Assembly: GCA_028023455.1 (NCBI GenBank)
Contig: JAQFVV010000007.1
Span: 6,820,001-6,884,000, forward strand
Length of the DNA stretch: 64,000 bases
Origin: Epiperipatus broadwayi
Taxonomy: Eukaryota > Animalia > Onychophora
Direction: 5' to 3'
The notes under the pieces were generated by a model. That model was given only the letters and a program-made list of their open reading frames with translations. It was not told where the DNA came from and searched no databases. Of the stretch, positions 37,436 to 52,650 are shown piece by piece (position 1 is the first letter of the stretch; every line of letters starts with the position of its first letter). The translations under genes were made by a program, and so were the position numbers.

Positions 37436-40400
37436 TTAGCATTTTTTTTTTTTATTAAACAAAACAAAACAAAAGATAAAACTTTTAAAGAAGAATATTA
37501 AACATCCAAAATATAGCCGGTAGATATGATAAAACAGCATTAAATTGATTGTATGCTGTATTTTAAGAGATATATATATGGGAGACATACATACACACAC
37601 TAGATATTTAATACACCCCCCCTCTTTTAAATAAAAAACTAGGAAAAAAATAAGGCATAGTAATCTAAGCAGCAATAAAAACAAAAGTTTATGATGGAAA
37701 ATATTTTTCCTAATAGTGCAAATACAACTTTCATATTTAAAGTTTATTATTTTTTGCTATAATTACAGCTTTAAGCCACATTGAAGGTTATCCCAGAATA
37801 TTGCCAAGGGAAGATATAAGGATTTGTCAATATCTGGTTAAAAAACATCCGAGCTATCATGTTCTCTCTTTTTTTTCTTTTTTCCATATGTCCTAGCATC
37901 GGATGGGAGGCGAACCCGCAGCAACCGTCTACAACCAACAGCTTGCTTGCAGTGCTGACCTCTCAGCTAACAATGCTTGACAATCATGCTCTCTTTTATC
38001 TTAAAGTAATTTATTAATCTAATCAATAATTGAATATTTACTCAAATTAGAATATAATTTTACACTTGCTTAAAAAATTTCAAGTCCCATTGCAATTCAA
38101 GCCTCAGATCTGGAGTACTAACAGATACTCCAGATAGCCTAATTTATAGTAAGTAATCACAATACTAAATATTTATGCTTTGACACCAAGTTGGTCATCA
38201 TTACAATATTAATGTAAATGATGTAGAAGTTAAATTGGTGGGCATTAATGGTAATCTTCCAAGTCAAGTGATCAAATAAGTTATATCTGAAATTCATATT
38301 TATTGCAGAGTGATCTATCTACAATTAGTATGGTAGTTATAATAAAAATGCAATACCCACAATAATTGGAATTGACATCTCTTCAAATTTTTTATATCTA
38401 ATTCAAGTTGTATTAACTTATTCATATACATTTTAATGTTAGCTATCTTACCAATAATTAAGGGTTTTATTAGTATGAACATGATTCTAACTTGAATAGC
38501 ATATACCCATTGGTGGAATAGACTTATTTTTAGCAAGCAATTGTAGTATTAAATACATTTTGACATCATGTTGGTCAATGGAGGTTGCACATTGCTATAT
38601 TTGCATGAATTGTTGGCAGTCTGCCAAAACTGCTGAGAAGGAAGTTATTACTGATATACATATACATACTGCAGAATGATTAGATCTTTTTTTTGTAAGA
38701 GTTACGACATATACTAATGCATTGCAAATGATGATACATCTCTTTAAATTTATTTTCATTTAGTAATCCTTCAAAATAACTATATAAATAACTTAGAATG
38801 ATGCAATTTCTAGCATTATTTTACTTGTGACCTGCATGTTTATGCTCAGAAAATTCTAATGATTTAAATGAGCATGAATCATTTCATGGTTTATCAAATA
38901 TATATCCTAATAACACATGATGTTTCATAAAAGAAAATTATATTTTTTAAAATACATATTTGAACAACCATAAAATCATTTACCTGCTGGTTAAATTCAT
39001 TAGTATTTCATCTAAATTAATATTTGAAATGGTAATCTGGTTTAATTAATATAAAACAAAGATGGCTGATTATATGAAGTTGCAACCTTTTTGGGTATCA
39101 ATGCCTAATTTATTTACAGTACAACAAACAAGATCAAATAGAAAAGGAAATCCTTTTATTTGACAAAATAGGTTGACAATGATAGGGTAGGCTTATTTAC
39201 TGGTTTATTAAAAAAAATAATTCTTTAAAATCAAATTTGTAATGTATTTTAGTAACATATTTGGAAGTGTTTGTTCCACAAAAATGATTTATACTTTTAA
39301 TATTATCTATTTGATCAGCTGTAAAATTATTTATATACTAATTAATATTATTAGTAAAATCATTAATAATGCTCAGAATATAAATCTATTTATGGGACAT
39401 AGTCCAAATATGTTACTAAGATAATTCATAAGCTAGATACCCAAAGAATTCGATGAATTTGTAAAACATGTCTGTCTTTTGTTATATTAATGCTAATCTA
39501 TTTTCTCAAATAAAACAATTTGACAAAATATATTGGCATTGATAAAACTAAAGGTGGCACTGCTTGTAAGTTCATTTAAATGATTCTTTTGGAATTTTGT
39601 ATGTGAATTATGTTCCTAATGTATTCAGATTTGTTAGTTCTGTGAATAAGTTCATAGAAAAAATTATATATAAGTGCTTAAACAATCATCTCAAAGTATT
39701 AGAATTTTCCAGTTTAGGGCATTGGAAAATTAGGCAATTACCTGGTCATTGATATTGAACATTGTTAAAGATAGTTTGCCATGGCTAACCACTTTTAATT
39801 TATTCAGACATCTCAATTTCTGAAATAAATCAAATATTTTAGTGATACAACATCATGAAACTGCATATACTGCAACGGTAAGAATTGTCCCTCCACGCAA
39901 CAAAATATAGAACATAGGCAAAATACACTAAAGCTGATCGAGTCTGGTTGTTGTGATCCAGAATCTGACCAACATTCAATCCTTTCACCTCTGCTCAATG
40001 ATTTAATACCCTATGGATGACATTCTTCAATGTACACAGACTCTCAATTTACCCTCGGTCTGGCAGTCACCCCCAGTAGAACAAGAGACTCATAATTTAA
40101 CTAATTTATCACTGATTTGGTCAGATATATATACACACAAGACTAAATGGTTAATTAAAATATCAATGATTGATCATGAAATTTAATAAAATAGTATACC
40201 TATAGATATAATGATGTACGTGCAAATTAAATCTAGAGTTGGATAAAATGACTTCATGGACAATAAAATATTGAAACGAGTTATGATTTTAAATATTATT
40301 ACTTTAATAAAACAATAACAAATAATAAATCAAAACATACAAAATTATGTGATGGGAAAGTGAGATATAACGCTCGCAGGCATTAGACAACTAATGAGAT

Positions 40401-42356
40401 TAATGTTATATATCTCATTATGAGTGCTTAATACAGTGTACTGTGGTATTGGAGTTTCATGCCTATATTAATTAATATGCCAAATTTCTAGCTCTTTTGT
40501 AGTCTGCTAGATCATATGGAACTTTACAGCCAAAGTTATATAACTAACTATCATAGCACTCCTATGGTGTCTATTTAATACAAAGTTAAATCGAGCATGT
40601 AATTAGGCTCAGAGATACGCAGGTTGGTGTGTTAACCTAGATTAGGATATACACTAATACCAGATAAATATTTAATATAAAAGGAGAGAAAACTGGCTTA
40701 TGATAGGTTTACCTATATCCTCTATGGCACATATTAAAATATTAATAAAGCAAAAAGGTGCAAATGGGTCATTATTCATGGGCTTCGGTCTCCAAAGACT
40801 CGGTTTGCCCTAAAACTGCTCAACTTGCCATGAATACTTAGTAGTTCAGGGAGTTGGATAAGCATTATTAAGCATCTAGGTCCTTGTGCCCTAGTTCTAA
40901 AAGTGTGCTTAAACCCAAACTAAAGTGGAAGAGTGACCTCCGCCAACACGTCATCAAGAATCATGCAGCAAGCAGATAAGTGTACTATACTGGATACTCA
41001 ATCTATTCTGAAACAGAGGGCGCCACCAGAACACTACATGTCTGGAAAATTTGTTTACTGTAATCAGAATAGATGATGATGATGGTTTGTGCCGACTAGA
41101 CTCAGGGAGAAACAAGAGATCTTAAATTGTTTAGACAATTGAGACAAAAGCACAAAGACAAACGTCAGCCAAATTAAGTTAAACATATTTCATAAATTTT
41201 ATTATGAGAAAATAAATTATTAAATATAAGTTTATGACATAATAAATGTGAGTTACCTCAGGCATGTACCAGAAATACTAAAGGCAAAGCTATGACAGAC
41301 TGACTGATCTTCTAATAAACAAAGTTAAAAGGGAGGAAGCAAATTTCATTCAGCAGAGGATTCACTTAAACACTGGTTTTCCCTTTCAGATACTTAAACC
41401 ATATGCCCTTGAAATAGATCAAAGAACCAGTGCCGATGAGCTGTTCGAGATCTAAACATGGTCAGATCTTGAATGTCCTTATATCGGTATAAACTGCACC
41501 AATTACTACGTTTAAAATAACGGTGATTGATCCACCCCAAGAACAATCGAAAAATATCATTGAAATGAAGAAACAATTAAACTGGTGAATCCCAGCCAAA
41601 CGATTGGTGAAAATTACTTTAAAATTAATAATTAATGGTCTCAATAAGAGACAAGTAAATGATTAGAAAAACAGTTACGTCTGTCCCAGCAAATAATGAA
41701 AAGAAAATAAACTTACAAACAAATTCTGAGTACACGCTCTGATAAATTTAAAGCACACATAATAAATACACAAATGAATCTATCGGAGAATGCACGGAGT
41801 ATGAAAATTTTAAAAGTTGTAAACACTTTAGCAGAATGAAAGTATCACTCACCTGTAATTTAAGAAAGGATAAATTTTATCTTCCTGCTAATGACTTATA
41901 AAATTACAAAGAAAAACACAATTCTAATTTCCGCTTTTAGAGATCTTGGAAATGAAATCTCCACCTGCGAAAATCAGACAATAAAGTCGTCAGCCAAAAG
42001 ATTTTTGGAGGTTAAGCACTAGGGTAAACACAGAGTATAAAATTACAAATTAATTATTGAATACTAAATAATTACAGGTAAGCATAAAAAAAATATCTAT
42101 ATACGATGCTGCTAAAGCATTTATAAAAGCGAGGTATAAAATATAAAACTCATTCATCACTCTCCAATAAACAAAATGGAAAGCAAATTAGAATCTTAAA
42201 ACTAAGATTCTAAGAGACACTATAAAATATTGGAAAACACAGCAAATATTAAATATGAGGCTATATTGATTTAAGAAGACATATTTATGATTAGATTGAG
42301 CGGAGATTTAATGAGAATTAATTTACCCTGGGAAGAATAAAAATGAAAATAGTTAC

Positions 42357-42408
42357 CTTTCGATAAAAGCAATGTCCACAGAGAGTGCGCACTTTTACTT
42401 AAGTTCAT
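42357..42408 (-). CDS. Candidate first coding exon (MNLSKSAHSLWTLLLSK, phase-1 intron) of an unidentified host gene
   Basis: gaaaATG at 42408, donor GAAAG|GTAACT at 42357/42356, about 270 nt downstream of a TATA plus Inr; peptide is signal-peptide-like. Confidence 0.35.
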
Positions 42409-42677
42409 TTTCAGGTTCTTTAGGCAGCAAGGTAGATGTAGAGAGGTTCCGGCTTCTTTTAGGTGTTCAAGGCATTACTGGAGCAAACTTGGAATTCAGG
42501 GATCCGTCTTTTCTGGAGTTAGCAAGCCATTCGGGTGGTGGTAACAAGTATAGAATTTTTCATTTTGTTGTAGGCAAAAGTATTTAATCACAGCTGATGT
42601 CCTTTAAGAAATTAAATGTCCGCGCTGATATAAATTCTCACTTGATAAACAGCTTGTCTATCAACAAACAATGAATT

Positions 42678-42709
42678 AACTGACCTCCAAATTCTCGGGG
42701 ATATTTATA
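42678..42709 (-). promoter_or_regulatory. Candidate TATA plus initiator core promoter
   Basis: Minus strand TATAAATA (42709-42702) 28 nt upstream of the A in TCAGTT (42683-42678); CpG-retaining region; ATCGATA (DRE-like) at 42978-42984 and about 43677-43683. Confidence 0.45.
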
Positions 42710-45700
42710 CGTTGCTCCATTTCCCATGAAACACTTTCCTTGTTGTTCAATTTCTTCGCCTTAGGCAAGGCAAATATTAATCTCCTGCTCAATCTATCTA
42801 AGAATTCCACCCAGGGTTTATTGAAATGAAAACAACAACATAAAAATCAAATCTCCGCTATCAAAATTGTTTACAGTAATTAAAATAAAAGCAGCAGGAA
42901 TGCAATTAGCTAGCCAGCTTGTTTTTAAATCAAATGGATTTAAAAACAGGCGGTATATGAAAACTATTTTAAAATAAATCGATAAACATTTTTTAAAAAA
43001 TCCGTTTTACATATAAACACGTGTATACTTGGCTACACTCATTCTTTTTAAATAATATTGCAAATTTAAAATCTACGTTTAATTAAAATTAAAAGCTTAA
43101 TAAATTTCTTTTTTTTGCTTTGTTTAATAACAACACCATTGAACCAGATTTCAATCAGGTTCAGTACATTGCATACTTTGTAAGGATACATCCGCAACTT
43201 ATACATATATATAACGCAAATGCATAAAATTACATTATCGTGCCTTAAAATTAGATAGCATCTATTTGCATATCTATACAATCCAGTTCTCAAATTTAGT
43301 ATTTTAAATATACTATTTAGGGACTAAATTAATTAGTAACCTAGTTTAATATTATCACCTGTGTCTCAACATATATAAATATAAGGAGGGCAAATCATAT
43401 TTGTGGGGTAATTACAAATAAAACATTAAAATATGCTTTGAGAATATCACTGTGGCTAGTTCCGATGATGTGTGAGTTACATATATAAATAGTTATAATT
43501 CATAACTAGAATTAAGCAAACTACATAAAATAACTAGATAACTGATTATTATAATATTAATACCCAAACCTCAATCAGTAAGATAATATGATCTCGAAAC
43601 AGCGAGTGATAATGAAGAATAATAATTCAATTAGTTAATATTTATTATAGCGAAGATTTGAAGTTATCTTCGCAAATCGATAAGCTAAAATTATATTTAT
43701 AAATACTTGCAGTTTTGAGTCATTTGGCATATTAAATACATATAATATTAAAATGATAAAATCATAAAATAAATTGAATAGATTTAGAAATAGGCATAAA
43801 AAGACCACAAAAAATTATACATTTAAAATAGATTATTAGGAGTTTTACATTTTGAAAGAGAATTCAAGTTTTACATTATAAAAGAGAATTCACGTTTTAC
43901 AATCAGGCAAGATTTAGCATTTAATAATCTTCTTTGTAGATTTTAGTAAAGGTGTTTGGGAAAAGCAGATTTAATAAATAGCTAGCTTTTAAAAGAAAGC
44001 CACATATTATAAACAGAGCTCTGAGAGAAAATTTACCATTTAGTTGTTTCCATTGCAGTTAGTTTTGAGGCACTTGGGTGGATGTTAAGATGACATTTTT
44101 GCCGATGATGTAAAGTTAGTAGAGATTTTCCATGGGCTACTTTTGCTGGTTATGGCATTAGGTTTCATTGGACCAAAGTTCTCCATTCACCATGAGGAGA
44201 GGTGGTGAAATATCACCATCTACTTGATCATTTAGAAGGTAAAACCGGTATGGGTTCAGCTTATACTCACTTATTATATATATCATCTCCATTGTTAATA
44301 AAACTTTAAGTATTTATACTTTTTAAACTCTTTCCACCTGTTAATGTTTACGAGCTTGAATGTAGCTGAAAAGTCCATTTATTTATTTTAGCAAAACATT
44401 TAAGAATTACAACTGGTAGAAAAACACATTTATTTATTTTAGAAAAACAATTTTAGTTATAACAAAGTAATTTAGATTTTGTTTTCCTGCCTATTTAGTT
44501 GTTAACATTTTATATTTACCAAATAACGTCCACACTATTTTAGGACCAATGCGTGACCTACTTTAAAATCTGTTTACAAGATCAAATGTTATTTTGACAA
44601 AATTACCTTCACAATTAGTAGAAGACTTATTTTATAATCATAAGTGGAAGAATAAATGCAGAATAACAGGAAATATATGTATGCGATTTGAATAATACAG
44701 CAATAAAGTTGCTAAATAATTTAACTAAAATATTTCTTAAACTAGAAATATTTAAAAATGTATTTCTTAAACTAGAGATATCTATAAATTGAATATACAT
44801 ATCTGTAAAATATACCAATAACATAACAATAATTTAAACTAAAATATTTCCCAAATTAGAAAAGTTTATAAAATAGATACATATCTGTAATCTATACATA
44901 TACAATTAAATTACAGACATACCACTTGCATATATATATATGATTCTGCATATATAATATATATATACATATATATTATATATATATATGATTCTGCATA
45001 TATAATAATCTAATGTTATTTAAATGGGTACTCTGGGAGGGTTTAAACCTGGCATATAGATAGATGTGTGGGTAAAATAAGTGAAACAGGAAGATGGATG
45101 AAACTGACCATTTCAATACATATATTGTATATCTTTATTTGGTAAACCCAAAAATTTAAATTTACTATTATTTCATTGCTTATAAAAATAAAATTGATAT
45201 TAACTCAAAAAAGACCATTTGATTCCTCTTTGAAATCTTAAAAAAATCAAGCAAGAAAAATCTCTAACATTCACTTTACAGTCCTATAGCCACTGCAGAT
45301 GATATCACTAGACAATTACTTTTATGGTAAATGAATATTGAATGCGTACTATCATACAATGGGATAACTTTTATGACTGAGATTAAATGTAAGCAACACC
45401 ATGGTTTCCCTTTTTAGATGCCTAATAGTTCTTAACTGAGATATCAGTTAAATTTCATTAAAAAATTGATGATGAATGTGAGAGTATGTGGAAACTGCTT
45501 GTTCATTTTTATGTTTACAGTCATATTGGATAAAAATAAATCATGGTTCTTCTGTCCTAGAGACAATCAATGTCAATCAAAGCCACCATGCAGTGAGTTT
45601 GAAATGTGGTTCAGACCTAGGAACCCTTTGATGTTTTCCTTAGTTATTTACAATTGTATATCATTTTCAAGCATTGCTTGAATTAAAATAAATGTCTAAA

Positions 45701-45935
45701 TTAGATGAGACAGTGTTTAAGAATTTAGAAGACAAATGAAGAAACACTTGATTTGAAGTAGATAAGTACTTTACTATCAAGCATAAAGATTGAAAGCACA
45801 ATTCAAGTGGAATCCATTATAAATAAAAGATATAAAAACAAGGCCCATTAGATAAAGTGGAAAGACAACTTATTCAACCTAATGGAAGTTAGCAAGTGTA
45901 ATTCATTTAAATGTATAGCCCAACATCAACTTAAA

Positions 45936-46329
45936 ATATGATAAAATGATTATTTCTTTTCAGAAAATAATAAATTTGACTTCATTTGATAGATATTTTT
46001 GTCCACTACTGAAATAAATTTTAAAAGTTCACATTTTCTTTCTGTAAATATTAAAATAATAAGGATGCAATCAAAACAAAGACTTTATATGTCATTGTTT
46101 CTTGAAAGATTATTTTCAGTTTATAAATATATGATAAAATGATTATTACTTACCAGAAAATAACAAATTTGACTTTATTTGATAGATATTTTTGTTTACT
46201 ACTGAAATAAATTTTAAATGTTCACATTTTGTTTCGATAAATATAAAAAAAATGAGACCACAATCAAAACAAAGACATTACACATGTTACACGTCATCAT
46301 TTGTAGAAAGATTATTTTCAGTTTATAAA
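45936..46329. repeat. Diverged tandem duplication, period about 193 bp
   Basis: atatgataaaatgattatt...gattattttcagtttataaa occurs twice (starts 45936 and 46129). Confidence 0.9.
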
Positions 46330-49300
46330 ATCAATAAAATATTTATTGTTTCTCATTATTTTTAAACATGTGAATGAATATTTATTTATTTCTTTTATAT
46401 CTAATAAATTATGCTTTAAAAGTTTAAATATTTTTTGCTAAATTATGATATTTTCTTATAAATATAATGTAGATTGTTTACTGTCAAAGTGAGAATTTTT
46501 TAATTTGCTTGAGGTAGCTGCTAATATAACATTATATTTTTGAAAATAAAGTATTTCTAGTCAAAATAAGTTATTAATAATTTATATTTCTTGATATTTA
46601 ATAAATATAGTGCAAATTATTTTTAAAAAATATTTAAAACCATAATAAATTTGCAAATAAACATTTTTGTGTCATTGGAAACTGCAATGTCACAAAACCC
46701 TGAACTTTTTACAGCCTTGGCAAGAGACAATAGCTGAACATGTCAGGGTGGGGACTATGTCTATTGTAAGAGCAGGGATTTTGAATTTCATGCCTTTTAG
46801 CATGGAATTAAAAAAAAAATTAGTATACTAAAATACACCATTTTACACATATTTTAACATATAATACTTATGAAAAAATTCACTAGGGGGTGAATTAGCC
46901 AAAAGACAAAATAATTCGGTTCAACCAGTCATAATGTTTATGACCAATTCAAGCTAAATCTTTAATTTATATGTGTTTTGTGCAAAAAATATCCAGAAAA
47001 AATGGTACTCCCTTTTCAAGCCTGCCTATACTTCTCATCTCTATGTCTATTCATATTTCATAAGCAAATAATCAGTATCAATAAATTACTAAAAAATATG
47101 CTTCTATAATTATTTACATGCTAAAAATCACATGGCTCACATGATGTTCCTTAATGTTTGGCAATAAAAATGTAATATACTAAAACAAAAAAAAATGGTT
47201 TAATTTATACCATTACTCTATCAAATTTTTATCCAGAAATATCATGATCAAAACATGGCATATAATCTATTTCAGTTGTGCTCTTTTATAGTTTAAACAT
47301 TTATTTCAATTAACACTCTCCAACAGATTTCACCCTTGAAATTAAATTTTTAGACTCTTTTTTAGTTTAGTTATCATAATTGTGTAATTTTAGAACATGT
47401 TACTCTTCAATTTTCATTATTATGGTTGTAGTTTCAAGATATTTTTTTGCCTGGGTAACAAACTTATGCTATGGTGTAAATATGATAATATTTGTAAATA
47501 ATTTCTTATTAATAAAGCTTTTATTAACAAAAAAAAAATTGTAATAAAGTTGAATATTTTTGAAGGTTGATTATTAATCCTATCTTTTTAGCAACCTCTT
47601 ACATCTCACTATTGATTTACATTACAGATTTGAAATACATGACACTCAGTGTTTTGGATAGAAAGAGAAAAACAAAGGAGAAAACAGAATTACGGATATG
47701 TAAAAAAAACAACAACTGTATGTTATGATTTCTATTTAGAAAAAAACAAAATATAGTCATGGAAGCTTCTAAATGAAAGTCCAGCAGAATCTATTCAATT
47801 ACTTATTTTTATTTAATTAAAAATGTACAAATTGTTTTAAATTATCAATAGACTTCAATGATAGTTCACATTTTATGAATTCAATAAGAAAAGATAATCT
47901 AAGCTACTACATAAACAGTATTAAAAGCAACAATTCACTAATAACTTTTCAACCAATACTAAGCAATATATATATATATATATGAAAATATTTAAAATGA
48001 TCCATTTTAGAAAATTGAATATAGGAATTCTGTAATATAGTATGAAAATAAATTATTGCTGATGTAAAAAAATTATAATTATGAATTAGAGCAAAAAAAA
48101 TGTAAAAAGTAATTTTTATCTTAAAAGTATAATGTAACTTCATAATGAAAGAAAAATTATTTCATAAAGAAAATTCTATTAATATAAAAGAGAGATAATC
48201 ATGATGTGTGTAAAAGAGTTCAAGAACTATAAAAAAACAAAGTAGCACATATAATTATATCTTTTGACATAAGAATTAATTTAAATAATGAAGTGAGAAG
48301 TAAATAAATCCATAAAGACTAAAAGAATACCAGAAAATGATACTGATATCCAAATAGAAGCAATTGAAAAGTAGAAAAATGGTTTGCAAAGCAATATACC
48401 AAACAGGGCTTACACATGACTAATTGTTATTATGCAAGGTAAATTTTGTTGTTCCCCCTATTCTATGAAATAAAATTAGTAAATTAAAAGACTTTTTTTT
48501 CAGCACTTTCACAAGAAAAACTTGAACATAGTCTTAGTCATTTAACAAGTTCAATAAATATTTACGTGTTTTATTCATTTATTTCTATAAAATGAACATG
48601 GACAATAAAAGACATGCTATATAAAATATATTAATTAAACTTGCCATGCAATCTTGATTAAAAATCTTTCAATTGAAATCTTTTTAAATAAATCAGTTTA
48701 AATGTAAAATTAAAATAATAATAATGAAAACATTGCACTGCTTCACTCTGAAATTATATAAGTAATTATATAATATATAAGTTTATTTACCTGGTGATTA
48801 AAAATATTATGTCCATCCTTAATGTTCTTTGGGAGCTCCATTCTTCATAGCAAAGGGCAAAAAAAGCTTGGTATCTGGTTTATCTTTATTATTCTTTCTT
48901 AATTGAAATTTTGATCAACTTTAACCAGCAAGTCAATAATTTATTGAAAGCAGTTGTTTGTTTGAAAACACACTGAAAATCTCTCATGCATAATCTTATT
49001 GACATTTCCTATTAACAAAATTATAACCCTTCAGTAATAATATATTTACACTAATAATATTATTTAATTTTTTTTATCTATCAAAAATTATAATTCATTA
49101 TATATATAGTTTGATATTTTAAATTTTCTTACTTACATTGTTTATATTTTATAGGAACACCAAACTAAGTCATTTTAAATAACACAGCTGATATAACTCT
49201 TATATCCCATCAACACCTTCTTGTTAAAATAAAAGTTCTGTTTTCCAAATCTATTTATTATTTTTAAATCAGAATCTCTCTGACACAAAACTTCTTTGTT

Positions 49301-52300
49301 TTCTATTACGAAGGAAATAAGCCTCTGGTTTACAAATATATAAATAAACTATTTATTATAGTAAAAATAGTTTTACTTGTATTCATACAATAATAAAAAT
49401 TTTCCATGAAATTTATTAAGAATTAAATAACTTAGCATGCAATAATATCATTTTAAAAATTATATTTTTCTTAGATTTTAACCGTAATGTGGTTTATGGA
49501 TCATTTGGAAGTTTTTAACTAAAATATGCTTCTGAGAAAAAGCTGTTTAGTAAAATGTGTAAAAATGGTAATACATCATCTAAAAAAATAATATAAATAC
49601 TAAAAATAGAAAAAGCTATTTAGTGAAATGTGTAAAAAGATAATGTATGATAATAATAACAAAAAAGAGAAGGATAACACTTTTAAAAAATGTTAGCACA
49701 ACATAGCATCGAATCCAGACCTGACATTTCAGAGGCAGACATCTACCAGTACTTCCAAGATAAATATATGCAGAATTACTATAATTATGAGGCAATATAT
49801 TTAAAATAAATTTTATTTTTAAGTAAATTATTAATTATAATATGTTTCTTTTTATATAAATTAAGACATTTAAATAAAAATGATTGGGAAATGTAAACAT
49901 TTTTATTCATGTATACATTTTCAGCAAATCTTTATATAGAATAGTAGAAGTTTGATATATATGTAAACATTACAAAAAAACAAACAAGTATAAGTTCTTA
50001 TTATGCTTTGGATTTATATCTTTCTTTATAAGTATTTCTTTGGTGATAAAAGTTTTGAACATTAAAATATAGACTTAGGAAATTGTGAATAGTATATTGA
50101 AACAGTAGTTATTGGAGTATAAGATAACAATAAAAAGAAGTAACATTCAACAGTATTAAAGGTGTAGGACAGGGTAATTCAACTTTCTAAAATTCTTGAC
50201 ACTAGTTTGTGGTTATTATATGGATGATTAAAATGTGGAAGTTAAAGAATCTAAATTTTGACATTTTTTTTTTCAAATAATACTTTAGAGATATAGAAAA
50301 TGTTACAGAAGCTATCAAATAAAAACAAGAAAGTAATAAAAAGATTTGTAAATGAAATATAAGGATTAGAAAATAGCTCTATATCACTTATATTATTGAA
50401 ATGGAGCACAACATGTTGATGAATGATATAAAAATATTGCTAGATTGCTGTAAGATATAGTGATGAGAACTCCACCCTGAAAAGACTCAATAATAGATAA
50501 AAATTATGATGACTGTTTCATTACAACTTTTATTTGTATACTTTAATTGCCTTTTGTAGGTACAAATAAAGCTATAAAATGTAAAAACGTATGCAAAATT
50601 TTCAAAACAATCAATCATTTAAATATTTCTTTTGTCTTCCATATTAATCTTCATATTTCTTTTAACTGTAATACGTATTAAATGGCAAGATACTTGAAAG
50701 ATCTTATGACATGTAGACACCAGAAGCTATGTTCAAATTCAATAAAATAGCTATTGAGCCCACTTCTCTAACTCCATGCTAAACTGTAAACAGTAAGATC
50801 TCCCTGTCCACATACATGTGAACATAAGCATGATTTAGATGCTTTTAAATAAATGTTCATAAATTAATAATAAAGACTAATGATTTCCACAAGATGTTCG
50901 TACAAAAGAAAATGGTTGTATTCATGATCAAAGCAATTTCATTTAATAATCCTACATTATAGATAGAAGTCTTTAGGACTCAGAATACAAAAGAAGTTAT
51001 TATCATTTGGATATTTACAAATGTAGATTGTTAAATAGATCAGAGCTATGCAGTAAAATGATAATTGCGTTTTTTTAAAAAAAATCTTTTACTCCAATTA
51101 TATTTAAAAAAACATCTTGATTCTCATTTCTTCTAAATTTGAATCACTTTCAAATATTAAAATTGCTAATTTGGCTTTCAAGACTATGTGGAATTCTTTT
51201 GTTATGGATATAAGTAAATGTTCTTTTATGTTGCAAAAAGGTAGAATCATCATTCTCTGACACTTATTCTAGTATTCATCATGTAATTACAAGAAAACGT
51301 ATGGCACATTCTACTCAGCAGAATAATAAATTAAATGTAAAAGTGTAGAACCATAATGAGGTATTAATGAAAGAGGTTTGATGTGATAAAAAGAGTTAAA
51401 AATAATTGGTAGATTAAAATTGCAAAAAAAAAAAAAAAGAAAATGTAGACAGTTACTTAAAAAAAAATAAATTAAAGTAATATATAGGAATGAAAAATGG
51501 TAACACAAACTATTAAACTCAGCAATAGAACTCTTTTAGATGATAACAGTGATATTTTGTAGAAGTGGAAAAAGTATTTTGATAACCATTTGAGAAAAAT
51601 ATTTTCAATGATATACCCATTTTGCCTACTTATTTACATTTGTACAAAGATATACATATTAGTAAAGTCAAAACAAGACTCTCATCTTAAAAAAAAATAG
51701 AAAAGCAACAGTTCTGCTGAGATATCCAGAGAAGGTTTAAAGTAACACAATAACAAATTAGTTTAAAAATAATAGAAAATTTAAAAATAATATATGGATT
51801 TATGAAGTTGCTCCATCTGATCTTAAGGATGTTTTCTATTATTCCAATTTTTAAAAATAAAATGGATAGACAAGTCAGTAGCAATTATTATGAAATATCA
51901 TAGTCATCCACTACAACAAAGGTATTTTCAAGATTTTTTTAAAGTTATTTTCAGTCTTAAAAATTCAATATATTTTGGATATTCAAAAAGTATCCTAAAC
52001 ATGATTTTTAACCCCAAGCAAATGCAAAAAAGTTATCGGAACAAAAAATGATTTATGTTAATCTTTTGTTGATTTGGTTATGATCTTTGACTCATGGTAA
52101 TAGGTTTGTTAACATTAATTGACAGAATTATATAACTTCTACATGAAAGCATGAAAAAAGAAATTACTAATACAGATGAAAATTTGAAGCTGATGTTAAA
52201 CAAGTAAGTGAACTATTCTGTATTTTGTTCAATTTTTATGATAGTTGTCTTTCAAAGAGTTTGTAAAAAGATCCCTCCATGAAACAGGTATCAAGATGTA

Positions 52301-52459
52301 AAACAGTTTGTTGGTAAATTTGAATTCATTAAAGTTAAAACTGTAACTTCATCTTTTGGCTTTTTCGATCAACAATATGCTAATGAATATTGTTCTTAAT
52401 AGTGATCTATGGAATGTACTTAATTTTTTGAATGCAACATATAAAGACTTTAGTTTAAT

Positions 52460-52560
52460 AATTTATGTTCAAAAGGCTCAAGTATATTCAGAAATTTTTG
52501 GCTTGGATGGTTGTAAACTTGAGAATGTGAATCAGTTTACTTATCTGGATAACTTTTAAA
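52460..52560 (+). mobile_element. Small LINE RT remnant
   Basis: FGLDGCKLENVNQFTYLD matches the I.LDG..LE.V.QF.YLG motif of non-LTR RTs. Confidence 0.5.
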
Positions 52561-52650
52561 TAGAAAGTTATTACATGTTGAGGTTTAATACAGATTCCAA
52601 TCTTAATTAAATATTTGAAATAGATGCATTCTTCACATATCTGGAGTTTA

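Noticed and set aside
44095-44125. IFADDVKL, resembling a LINE RT motif
   Set aside because: Isolated motif without flanking RT domains in any frame.
44716-45010. Local 30-50 bp duplications and TA-rich repeats (similar ones at 32780-32900 and 61370-61635)
   Set aside because: Ordinary slippage products with no element structure.
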